Shown here: piece by piece, positions 29,315-38,842 of the stretch | How positions within the stretch are numbered: position 1 is the stretch's first letter | Layout of the letters: each line of letters starts with the position of its first letter | Assembly (NCBI GenBank): GCA_963820825.1 | Contig: CAWGBN010000009.1 | Coordinates: forward strand, 128,001-192,000 | Origin: Vulcanimicrobiota bacterium | GTDB lineage: Bacteria > Vulcanimicrobiota > Vulcanimicrobiia > Vulcanimicrobiales > Vulcanimicrobiaceae | DNA length: 64,000 nt | Direction: 5' to 3' | Position numbers and translations under genes: made by a program | The notes under the pieces: generated by a model | What the model was told of the DNA's origin: nothing | Database searches by the model: none | The model's input: only the letters and a program-made list of their open reading frames with translations

Positions 29315-32300
29315 ATGACGCGGACGCGACGGCGCCGGATTTGGAGCGCTGCGGCAATTGCTCTGCTCTGCATCGTTGCGGCCGGCTGGTGGCAGCGCCA
29401 GGCGCTGGCGCGACTCGGCGTCATTGCCGCCGTTGAAGGCTTTTTCCACGTGCGCCTCTCGTTCGATCGTTCGAGGTTCGCGTTGAATCACGCCGTCATC
29501 GACGGCATTGCCGTGACTTCGTTTCGCGGCGAACCGATCGCCGAGATTTCACGCCTCGAGCTCGCCTACGATCTGCGCGATTTGCTCCCCGGCGCAAAGC
29601 GCCGTTTCGGATTGGAGAGCATCGCCGTTTATGCGCCCGCGCTTACGGTGATCCGGCGCGCCGACGGCAGCTACAACCTCCCGCTGCCGAACCTCTCGCA
29701 GCCGACCCCAAGCGGCGGAGCTCCGCTGAACGTTCGCGCGCGCGTCCGCAACGGATCGATCGAGATCGTCGACGAGAGTCCGGCGGCGCTTGCGAATCGC
29801 CGGCATCTCTACGTGCGCGATCTCAACGTCGACGCCACCCTAGCGACCGCCGCACGCTCGAGCTACGTCGCCGCCCTGCGCTACGGCGAACGCGCCGATC
29901 GCCTCTATCCGGTGCGCGGAACGGGCACGATCGATTCCGCGAGGGGATACGTAGAGCAGCACTGGAGCGCGCCCGAACTGCCGATCGCCGCAGCGGTCAA
30001 CTTCCTCGCCGGCTCCTCCGCGATGCGGCTGCAAGACGGGATGCTCGAGAACGTCGACGCGCGCAGCTTTGGGCTCCGTGGTCCTGCCGGTTCGCTGCAG
30101 ACGCATCTCGGCGCTACGGCGTGGCTCGCCGATGGACGCATAGCGATCGCCGGTCTGGCAAAACCGATCGAGAACATGCAGGGGCGAATCGACGCGTACG
30201 ACGACGGGCTGCTGACGAGCGGGCTGACGGCACGCCTTGCGGCGATCCCGCTGCAGATTTCGGGCGGCCTCTACGGACTGCGCGCGCCTCGGCTGCGCGT
30301 GGCGGTACGCGGAAGGGGCAGCCTCACGCAACTGCGCACGGCCCTCGCCCAGGCGCAGCGTCTACCGATTCGCGGATCGCTCGATTTTTCGATGCTCGTT
30401 GCGGGAGCTGCGCCCAATCCGGTTACGTGGATCGCGCTGCGCTCGCCCAAGACCGAGTATGCCGCTACGACGTTGGAGGATCTGCACGGCGTCGTTGCGC
30501 TGACCGGCCACGAAGCCGACGTCGTCGGCGTCAACGCGGCGTACGGCCGGGTGAGACTCGGCGCGCGCGGGCGCATCGCGTTCGACAAGGAGCGCAACGC
30601 GGTGGAGCTGCTCGCCGGCGCGAGCGCGCCGTCCGGCGGAACCCCGTACGTGAGCCGAATCCTGCCCGATCTGCCGCTGCGCGCGGACGTTCTCGCGACC
30701 GCCGACGACCCGAAAGCGATCGCGATGCGCGGTCTGCTTTCGGGGCGCAGCGCGTCGCGGCGCCTCGAGGCGCTCTTCGACGTCGACAGCCGCGGCGTCG
30801 GAACGGTCGGACCGCTCGAGATCGACGGGAAGTCCGGGTCGCTCTACGCGCGGGTCGCGCTCGACCACCCGCACGGCAGCGCGTTCGGAATTGTCGAAAC
30901 GCGCAACTTTGCCTTCGAACCGCTGCGCGCGCGGCTCGACGCGACGATCTTCGGCGACGAGACGAATAACGCAATCGAGACGATCGCCGACGCGAAGCTG
31001 CGCACGCTGTGGGGCAGCGGCAGCCTCCGCGGCAACCTCGCATTCGCGCACGGAGCTTTGAAGGGCGCGTTCTTTGGCAACGCCGCGAATGCCGCGAGCT
31101 ACGGCGCGACGGTCGGCGGTTCGCCGAACGCGCCGCGAATCGCCGGAACGATCGTCGTCGCCGGGGGGCGTTTTCGGAACTTCAACGTCAACGGGAGTGC
31201 CGGACTCCTCTTCGATCGCAACGCGCTCGACATTCAAAACGCCGAGGTCGCGCTCGGTCCGCTCTTTCTCGGCGTTACCGGCGGAATCGACGGCATCGTC
31301 GCCAATCGCGCGCTCGCGCCCCGATACGATCTCGCCGCGCAAGTGCACTCGTCGGACGTAAGCGCGCTCGTCGCAACCGTACGGCCGCACGCGGCGCAGT
31401 TGGTTCAAGGAAGCGTCGATGCCGCGGTTCATCTCGGCGGATCGGGTGCGGGGCCCGTCGTGAGCGGAACGTTCGACGCTCCCGAGGGTTCGATCAACGG
31501 CTTGAGCTTCCGCGATTTTCGCTCCGCCGTAGACGGCGATGTGACGGCGCTCGCGGTACGCGGCGGCCGCGTGGTTGTCGGCGGGTCGGCAATCGCATTG
31601 AACGCCACCGCGACGCGGGCGGGCGATGCGTCGTTCTCCGTGAGCGCGCCGCATCTCGATCTCGCCGATCTCAACGACTTCTTCGATCGAGGCGACATGC
31701 TCGGCGGGACGGGATCGCTCGCGCTGCGGGCGGATGTCTCCGGCCGGCAGATCGCCGCAACGGCAGGCAGCGCGCACTTTACCGGCGCGCGCGTGCGCCG
31801 CATCGAGCTCGGAAGCGTCTCGGCGCATTGGAGCAGCGCCGGTCAGACGATCTCGAGCGCGCTGCAGATCGGCGGTCCCTCCGGCGAACTCGCGTTGACC
31901 GGAAGCGTTACGCCCAATGCCAAGCGCGTCGACCTTCATGCCGGCGTGCGCGCACTCGATCTCGCAACGTGGCTGCCGATGCTCGGGCTGCGCGTTCCGG
32001 TTACCGGCAAGCTCGACGCGCAGACGGACGTCGCGGGAACCTACCCCGACCTCGACATGCGGCTGCACGCCGCGGTCTTCGGCGGGACGGCGGGTCGCAT
32101 CGCGGTCGAGCGCTTTGAAGTGAGCGCGGTCGCTTCCCACGGTCGCGGGACAATTACGTCGGCCACGCTCGATCTTCCGTATTTGACGAGCTCCGGATCG
32201 GGCACGTTTGGTCTGCGCCCCGGCGATCCGCTCGCGCTCGCGCTGCACAGCACGAGCCCCGACATCGGCGAGTTTCTCGCTCGCGCGGGCGAGAAGAGGG

Positions 32301-33946
32301 TTACCGTCCACGGAAGTCTCGACTCTACGTTGCGGATCGAAGGCACGCGCGAACGGCCGCGGTTGAACGACGCGATCGGCCTCCAGTCGCTGCGCTACCG
32401 CGGTTTGGAGCTGCCGCACGTCGCCGCGGATATCGAAGCGGATCGGCGCGCCGTCGACGTGCGCGACGGCGAGATCGACTTCACCAAAGGCCGCGCGCTA
32501 TTCGCCGCGCACGTTCCAATCCGCATGAACGGATCGAAACTCGCGGTGGCCGGCGCACCCTTCTCCGCCTCTCTGACGGCCGGCGATGTCGAGCTGTCGA
32601 ACTTCGTCGATCTGCTGCCGAAGGGCACGCGGCTGAGCGGACGCGTGGACGGCCGGGTCGAGGCCTACGGTACCCTCGATGCGCCGCGACTCCACGGCTC
32701 GCTGGCATTGCAAAACGGCACGTTCGCCGCGCCGGCGGAGAGATCGCCGATAACCGGTATCTCGGGCGAGCTCTCGCTCGATGGCAACCACGGACGTCTG
32801 CAATCGCAGGCATCCGTCGGCGGCGGCACCGTCACCGCGAACGCGATCGCGTCGCTGGCCGATTTGCGCCGCCCGGCCGATGCCACGTTCGCGGCGTACG
32901 CTCGCGCACGCAACGCGCGCCTCGATCTGCCCGCATATTTCCAAGGAAGGCTCGACGGCGAGGTCGCGCTGACGCGCAACGGAGCGGAGCCTACGGAGCT
33001 GCGCGGCGATCTCTCCGTCGCCGACGCGCGGATTCCGCTCAACTCCCTGCTGAATCAGCGCGGCACTCCCAACGCGCGACCGGCCCTACCGAACGTCGCC
33101 TTCCGCAACGTACGTCTTACCGCCGGTTCGAACGTGCGCGTGCAGAGCGCGAACGTCGACATCGGAACGACCGGGGCCGTCCTGCTCGGCGGCACGCTCG
33201 ACGCGCCGACGCTCGCAGGAGCCTTTCGCTCGACGGGCGGATCGCTGAGCTTCTACCGGAACTTCTACGTCGAACGCGGCCAGGTACGATTCGAACCGTC
33301 GAGCGGAGTCGTTCCCGACGTCGACGCCGTCGCGACGACCTTCGTGCCGAATCCCGCGACCGCCGTGCGGCTGCACGTCACCGGACCGGTGACCGACATG
33401 AATCTCGCGCTCGCCTCGGAGCCGTCGTACGACCGCGCACAGATCCTCGGTCTGCTCGTCGGCGCGCAGCAGTTCGGCGCGGTTCGCGGCGTCCAGGCGA
33501 GTGGCGGCGGAACCTTCTCCGCCGGTTCGGCCGCCAGCGGCGTCGCACTCGGGCAGCTCAACACGGTATTCACGCGAACGCTCTTGGAACCGCTCTCGAC
33601 GTCGCTCGGGAGTACGCTCGGATTTACCGAAGTGCAGATCACCAGCGACATTCAGACCGGCCTGGGCGTCAATGCCGTCAAGGCGTTCGGAAAGTACGTC
33701 AACGCGATCTACGCGCAAAGTTTCGGATATCCGCGAACCCAGAGCGTCGGTCTCGAAGCGCATCCTAACGTCGGTTCGGCGTTGCGGCTGACCGCCTATA
33801 CGTCGACCGGGCCGACGCTCTTCGCGCTGCAGCAGCAGCCGCAGCCGATTGCCTTCGGGGTGCTGAACCTCAACCCGCTCACCGCCTACACGCCGATCAC
33901 CGGCACGAACGGCGTCTCATTCTCATACCAGAGGATGTTTCCGTGA
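29315..33946 (+). CDS. tamB: TamB/AsmA-like translocation and assembly module protein
   Basis: N-terminal TM anchor, ~1500 aa of beta-rich repeats, C-terminal DUF490-like GTLDAPTLAG...LASEPSYDRAQILGLL. Confidence 0.85.
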   Translation: MTRTRRRRIWSAAAIALLCIVAAGWWQRQALARLGVIAAVEGFFHVRLSFDRSRFALNHAVIDGIAVTSFRGEPIAEISRLELAYDLRDLLPGAKRRFGLESIAVYAPALTVIRRADGSYNLPLPNLSQPTPSGGAPLNVRARVRNGSIEIVDESPAALANRRHLYVRDLNVDATLATAARSSYVAALRYGERADRLYPVRGTGTIDSARGYVEQHWSAPELPIAAAVNFLAGSSAMRLQDGMLENVDARSFGLRGPAGSLQTHLGATAWLADGRIAIAGLAKPIENMQGRIDAYDDGLLTSGLTARLAAIPLQISGGLYGLRAPRLRVAVRGRGSLTQLRTALAQAQRLPIRGSLDFSMLVAGAAPNPVTWIALRSPKTEYAATTLEDLHGVVALTGHEADVVGVNAAYGRVRLGARGRIAFDKERNAVELLAGASAPSGGTPYVSRILPDLPLRADVLATADDPKAIAMRGLLSGRSASRRLEALFDVDSRGVGTVGPLEIDGKSGSLYARVALDHPHGSAFGIVETRNFAFEPLRARLDATIFGDETNNAIETIADAKLRTLWGSGSLRGNLAFAHGALKGAFFGNAANAASYGATVGGSPNAPRIAGTIVVAGGRFRNFNVNGSAGLLFDRNALDIQNAEVALGPLFLGVTGGIDGIVANRALAPRYDLAAQVHSSDVSALVATVRPHAAQLVQGSVDAAVHLGGSGAGPVVSGTFDAPEGSINGLSFRDFRSAVDGDVTALAVRGGRVVVGGSAIALNATATRAGDASFSVSAPHLDLADLNDFFDRGDMLGGTGSLALRADVSGRQIAATAGSAHFTGARVRRIELGSVSAHWSSAGQTISSALQIGGPSGELALTGSVTPNAKRVDLHAGVRALDLATWLPMLGLRVPVTGKLDAQTDVAGTYPDLDMRLHAAVFGGTAGRIAVERFEVSAVASHGRGTITSATLDLPYLTSSGSGTFGLRPGDPLALALHSTSPDIGEFLARAGEKRVTVHGSLDSTLRIEGTRERPRLNDAIGLQSLRYRGLELPHVAADIEADRRAVDVRDGEIDFTKGRALFAAHVPIRMNGSKLAVAGAPFSASLTAGDVELSNFVDLLPKGTRLSGRVDGRVEAYGTLDAPRLHGSLALQNGTFAAPAERSPITGISGELSLDGNHGRLQSQASVGGGTVTANAIASLADLRRPADATFAAYARARNARLDLPAYFQGRLDGEVALTRNGAEPTELRGDLSVADARIPLNSLLNQRGTPNARPALPNVAFRNVRLTAGSNVRVQSANVDIGTTGAVLLGGTLDAPTLAGAFRSTGGSLSFYRNFYVERGQVRFEPSSGVVPDVDAVATTFVPNPATAVRLHVTGPVTDMNLALASEPSYDRAQILGLLVGAQQFGAVRGVQASGGGTFSAGSAASGVALGQLNTVFTRTLLEPLSTSLGSTLGFTEVQITSDIQTGLGVNAVKAFGKYVNAIYAQSFGYPRTQSVGLEAHPNVGSALRLTAYTSTGPTLFALQQQPQPIAFGVLNLNPLTAYTPITGTNGVSFSYQRMFP

Positions 33947-35091
33947 GTAGGCTGCACCCGCTCGTCCCGATCCTCGCGCTTCTTCTCACGGCCGCAACGC
34001 CGCGATCGGCGGTCGGCTTCGTCAATCTCACGCAGCTGATGGCGAACGATCCGATGCACTCGGTGCTTCTCGGCTTCGACCGCGAGATCGCCGCGCTGCG
34101 CAGCACGCGAAACCTCTCCGGCCTCACCGCCCTCTCGGCGCAGGCCGCGGGAGCCGCTCGCGCGGTCCGCGACGGCGCCGCGAGCGCTCAGATTCGGGCG
34201 CGAGCGATCGGTTCGCGCGGCGCAGCCGCCGGCCACGCGCGCGAGTCCGCAGCACTCGCGGCGCTCCTCGCTTCGCAGCGTTCCGGTGACCGCGAGATCG
34301 GGCGTTTCACCGGCGAGCTGAACCGCGAGACCGCGACGAACGCAACGAACTATGCCTCCGCGCTCGCAACGCGCAACGACCGCGCCTACGCGGCGCGCGC
34401 GCAGGAGCTGCGCGAGAAGGAGCTGACGCTCGCCTTCGATCTTGCGCGACAAAATGCGGGACGGCGATTGAGCCTGCGCATCAAGCTTACCGACCTGCAT
34501 TTGAGCCGCATGGTTAGGGCGAAGCTGCAAGCGCAGCTTGCGGCGCTCGACGCAGCGGAGCGCCGGCCGGTCGCAGTGCTTCGCGCGCGCGATGCAGCGA
34601 CGCTCGCCGCCTACCGTCGCAAGCTGGAGAGCGAAACCGCGCGCGAGAGCGCGCAGATGGATGCGCGCCTCCGCCAAACCGCGAGCGCGAACTACGCCCT
34701 TCGCGCGCGCGTTCTAAAGTCCGAAGCCCAACCACGCGCGGCTTCGCGCAATCTCGCCTCGGGCGCCGCCGCGTTCGCTGCGACCCTGCGGCCCGGCGCA
34801 GCGTCTACCGACATCGCGGCGGGATTCCAAAGCGCCGGTGACGACGTTGCACGCCGCCTCGACGGGCTCGGCGCTATGGCGCAGGCGTCGCAGCGTGAGA
34901 CGAACGCGACGCTGGAATCGTTGGTGGCGATGCGGCGCGCGCTCTATCGAACCATCGTCGCGCGCGTCGAATTGGAGGCGCAACTCGTGGCGCGCCGGCG
35001 CGGTATCGATCGAGTCGTATACGGCAGCGCGCCCCCAAGCGGTAGCGTCAATTTAACCGGAGCGGTAAGAGCTGCCCTCACCCGTTCCTAG
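33943..35091 (+). CDS. Elongated OmpH/Skp-like periplasmic coiled-coil protein
   Basis: AVGFVNLTQLM N-terminus and ARRRGIDRVV...NLTGAVRAAL C-terminus resemble Skp ends; coupled to tamB (GTGA). Confidence 0.55.
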   Translation: MSRLHPLVPILALLLTAATPRSAVGFVNLTQLMANDPMHSVLLGFDREIAALRSTRNLSGLTALSAQAAGAARAVRDGAASAQIRARAIGSRGAAAGHARESAALAALLASQRSGDREIGRFTGELNRETATNATNYASALATRNDRAYAARAQELREKELTLAFDLARQNAGRRLSLRIKLTDLHLSRMVRAKLQAQLAALDAAERRPVAVLRARDAATLAAYRRKLESETARESAQMDARLRQTASANYALRARVLKSEAQPRAASRNLASGAAAFAATLRPGAASTDIAAGFQSAGDDVARRLDGLGAMAQASQRETNATLESLVAMRRALYRTIVARVELEAQLVARRRGIDRVVYGSAPPSGSVNLTGAVRAALTRS

Positions 35092-35543
35092 GGGCCGGGC
35101 GAGCCGTGGAGCGGCGGCGACTCGGAGATGCCGGAGGCCTTGCGAATCGCCTCGACGTCGCTGATGAGCGCGTCGCCTAACGAGTCCTTCGGCGGACAGG
35201 TCAAGTCGGGCGACTTCCATCCCTGCCACGTCACGTGGATGCTGCTGCCGAACGACGCGCTCTTCATGCACGGAACCGTCGCGACGTTGCCTTTCTTTGC
35301 CGCGGCAAGATCGGTGAAGAACTTGCTCGCCGTGGCGGCGGCCACGGTGAACGGCTTGGGCGTACTCGACGCCGTTCCCCCACGCTGCAGCGTCACCGAC
35401 GCCTTGCCGTCGGACGAGACCTCGATCCGGTACCCGTACGAGTTCGTCGAACCCGAATTTACGATCACCGCGTTATCGCTCGGCGTGGCGGCCACGAGGC
35501 TTGCAATCGCAAGCGCGGCCAAGAGAGTTGCACGAAATTTCAT
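35088..35543 (-). CDS. Secreted hypothetical protein
   Basis: MKFRATLLAAL signal peptide; NSGSTN, CMKSASFG, SPDLTCP. Confidence 0.75.
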   Translation of the reverse strand: MKFRATLLAALAIASLVAATPSDNAVIVNSGSTNSYGYRIEVSSDGKASVTLQRGGTASSTPKPFTVAAATASKFFTDLAAAKKGNVATVPCMKSASFGSSIHVTWQGWKSPDLTCPPKDSLGDALISDVEAIRKASGISESPPLHGSPGP

Positions 35544-35544
35544 T

Positions 35545-36845
35545 TTAGAAACCTCCGGTACCGTTGGGCGTTCCCCAACCGCTTGCCCCATCATAACCGA
35601 TTTTCGCATTACCGACGCGATGGTACGCGCCGGAAGCTCCGCGGTGCCAAATCCATTGTGGCGCGTTCGTCCGGGCCGCAGCCGGACCGAGCGCGAAGAG
35701 TGCGGCGACGATCGAAGAACCGACGCCGGTTCCGCCCATCTGCAGCCAGCCGCCGTCCGCCGATTCGTAGACCGCGACGCCGGTCGCCGGATCCGCGACG
35801 GCTGCGATATCGGGAACCGCGCGCGTCTTACATCCCGTACGGTGCTGCCACGACGGCTTCGCGACCAGGGCGCTGCACCCGCTTGCGGTACCGTGCCAGG
35901 CTCGTTCGTTCCATCCGCGCGCCGACGACGCCGGCGCTAAGGAGGTTCCGCCGACGCAGACGACCGCGGTATAGGCACACGGCATCCGAACACCGCCGCT
36001 CTCGCCGGCGCTCGCGACGATCGCGCGGCCGGAGTGCCGATAGGCGCCATCCGATTCGCGCTCTTCCTTACCGCCGTATCCATTGACGATCGCGACCGCG
36101 CCGAGTGCGCCCGCGGCGTTCACGCCCGAAGCGAGATCGGAGCTCTTGTCGCTATTGCCTTGCACGAGCAGAATCTTACAGTTGGGACATATGGCCGAAA
36201 CCATGTCGAGATCGAGTGCCGCTTCGGCACGCCAATCGTCGCCGGAGTCGCCGTTCGGTTTCGGCAACGGATTCGCGCGCCCGCGCTGGTTGACGATTTT
36301 GAGACAGCCGCTCGACGGCGTGCAGGCCGGTAATCCCATGCTGCGCCGATAGACCGCGAGATCGCCGGCGGCTTCGGGATAGCCGTACGCATCGACGATC
36401 GCGACGCTCGTCCCCCTGCCGCCGCTGCGCGCGCCTTGCGCGACTCCGTACGCCGCCTGCAGATCCGACGCACAGTACGGAACGCTGCGATTGCAGTTGC
36501 CCGCGCGCGCCGCCGCACCCGAGCCCTGTACGATCGCGTCGCACGCGCGATACCCATCGGCCGCGGGCTGCCGGCAAGCGTAACGTACGCTCGCGGGCGC
36601 GTTCGACGAACGCCGCGAGGGCGTAGCGCTGGGAGCGTGCGTCCCCGAGACCGGCGCGCTCTCGTCGTCGGACGACGACGTGTCGGCCGGAGCATCCGGC
36701 GCGTCGGGCGACGTATCGGGCGCGTCGTTCTGCGACGCTTGCGCGCCGGGCGCCGCCGTTTGGGGCTCGGCCGGTAATGGAGTCTGCGCGAGCGAGCCGC
36801 CCGTGCAGCCCGTCATCGCGAGGATCGCGGCGATTGCGACGAGTC
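35545..36845 (-). CDS. S53-like lipoprotein lacking catalytic Ser (pseudo-protease or decaying copy)
   Basis: EAALDLD retained; GGTG instead of GGTS, SAGE instead of AGD; no canonical start in front of the signal h-region. Confidence 0.7.
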
Positions 36846-38231
36846 TTAGAATGCGGCGACTCCTTTGGGCGTTCCCAGTCCGGTGGGACCATCGAATCCG
36901 ACGCGTGCGTAACAGATGTAGTGCACCGTGGAGGCGCACGTCGAGCCGATGCCCGGATCGACGTTGCTTCCGGTCGCCACGTCGTACAAATGGCCCTTGT
37001 GATGCTTCCACAAATACGTGCCGCCTTGCTGGCTGGCCGCGTTGCCGGCGAGTGCGTAGACGCCGATGATGATCTGCGTCGAAGCGCTGGTTCCTCCATA
37101 CAGGAAGAAGCACGCCGACGGACACCCGCCGCCCTCTTCCGAATTGTAAACGATCACCGGCGTTCGCAGCGAGGCCGTCGCCGAGGTATCGGCGGCCGAC
37201 CGCATGCGGCAACCGATATCGGTCTGCCACGGCGGCTTGGCGATCTTCGTGCTGCACGCACTCCCGGTCGCGCCGCACGGGCCGTAGCAGTAGTCGAAGC
37301 TCAAATCGTTCCAGACGCTTTCGCTCCAACCGCGCGTGTTTTTGGCGTGCACGAGGTGCGTTCCACCGACGCAGACGACGTACTCATAGGTGCACGGCTG
37401 AATCGGGCCGCCGCCGTACCGGCCGCCGCCGCCGTTATCGCCGGCTGCCGCCGCGATCACGACGCCGGGTTGATGGAAGGTCGAGTTGGGCGAACCTTCG
37501 GGACTCGTTCCCCACGACGCGCCGATGTACTTCGCGCCGAGCGACCCGGCGGTCTTGACGCCGGTGTAGAGATTGCTCGTGTAATTGTTGTTCGTTTGAA
37601 CGAGGATGATCTTGCAGTTCGGACAGACGCCGGAGACCATGTCGAGATCGAGCGACTGCTCGCCCTTCCAATCGTCGCTCGGCGGCGGCTCCGGAGGCAG
37701 CGGAGAACTGTGACCCGCTTGATTCACGATGCGCAGACAGCCCGTCCCGGTCGTGCAAGCCTTCAACCCCATCGTCTTTCGGAAGAAGGCGAGATCGGAA
37801 GCGGCGTGATGGTAACCGTAGGCATCCACGATCGCGACCGTCTTGCCCCCGCCCGCTTTGAGCGAGGGCAGGAGGTACGCGTTTTGCAGATCGATCGGAC
37901 AGTAGCCCTGGGTGAAGCGGCACTTTTGGCTGTCGCCGCGGAGATCCGGATTCATCTGCTCGACCGGGAAAACGTCGGTGCGAACGAACGCCAGACACTC
38001 CATCAGATTCGGATCGTTCGGGGGCGCGCAGAGGCGGCGCGTCGGATTGACCGTCAGGAAGGGCACTTCTCCGCTTCCGGATCCGGTCAGCGCATCGGGC
38101 GGCAGCGCCGCGTCCTGCGCGGACTGCATCGCGTTTTGCGGAAGCGGCGATGGATTCGTCGCGCCGTTCGAGCATGCAGCAAGGACGACGGCGGCTAATA
38201 TCGGTAGAGCTTGAGCGAGTGCGCGATTCAC
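36846..38231 (-). CDS. S53 family peptidase lipoprotein
   Basis: GGAGG RBS + GTG, LAAC lipobox, EQSLDLD, AAAGD, GGTSAS, FDGPTGLGTP. Confidence 0.9.
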   Translation of the reverse strand: MNRALAQALPILAAVVLAACSNGATNPSPLPQNAMQSAQDAALPPDALTGSGSGEVPFLTVNPTRRLCAPPNDPNLMECLAFVRTDVFPVEQMNPDLRGDSQKCRFTQGYCPIDLQNAYLLPSLKAGGGKTVAIVDAYGYHHAASDLAFFRKTMGLKACTTGTGCLRIVNQAGHSSPLPPEPPPSDDWKGEQSLDLDMVSGVCPNCKIILVQTNNNYTSNLYTGVKTAGSLGAKYIGASWGTSPEGSPNSTFHQPGVVIAAAAGDNGGGGRYGGGPIQPCTYEYVVCVGGTHLVHAKNTRGWSESVWNDLSFDYCYGPCGATGSACSTKIAKPPWQTDIGCRMRSAADTSATASLRTPVIVYNSEEGGGCPSACFFLYGGTSASTQIIIGVYALAGNAASQQGGTYLWKHHKGHLYDVATGSNVDPGIGSTCASTVHYICYARVGFDGPTGLGTPKGVAAF

Positions 38232-38299
38232 GAAGACCTCCCAACCATTAACGCGACGGCCGCTACCGTCGTTCCCGCATAGGGCTGGGGAGACTTCGC

Positions 38300-38842
38300 A
38301 TGGGGGCCCTCCCGGCACCTATCCGCTGCCGCGTTCCGACGCCGCTACGACGCGATTTGTTGATTATGGGCAACGGCGAGGCGATAATTTCGAGCGATTT
38401 CGTGGCCGCCGGCCGCATTCGCGCGAGCAAACCGAGCGACGCATTGCTCGCCGAGGCGTGGGCGCAAGTCGAGGCCTACTTCGCGCGCCGCCTGCTGCGC
38501 TTCGACCTGCCGCTTGCTTTCGAGGGAACGGCGTTTCAAATCGCCGCCTGGCGAGCGGTCTCGTCGCTCACCTTTGGTGAGTTCGTCTCGTATGCCGACG
38601 TAGCGCGTGCGATCGGAAAGCCGCTCGCGCACCGCGGCGTCGCGGCGGCGATGGCCGAGACGAAGATCGATCTCTTCGTTCCAGCCCATCGCGTCATCGG
38701 CGCGGACGGTCGCATCAAAGGGGCCGCGCCGCGGTCGGTGCGACTTCGTCTTGCCGAATTCGAACTCGCTGACCCTCGGGCGCGCCTGCATAAGCGGCGT
38801 TCTCGAGCGTCTCTTCCAAGAATCGTCTTTGATAGGCGATGA
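38300..38842 (+). CDS. O6-alkylguanine-DNA alkyltransferase-like (ATL) protein
   Basis: Ogt fold (FDLPL...GTAFQ..W..V...FG...SY..VA..IG); active-site motif PAHRV instead of PCHRV. Confidence 0.85.
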   Translation: MGALPAPIRCRVPTPLRRDLLIMGNGEAIISSDFVAAGRIRASKPSDALLAEAWAQVEAYFARRLLRFDLPLAFEGTAFQIAAWRAVSSLTFGEFVSYADVARAIGKPLAHRGVAAAMAETKIDLFVPAHRVIGADGRIKGAAPRSVRLRLAEFELADPRARLHKRRSRASLPRIVFDRR

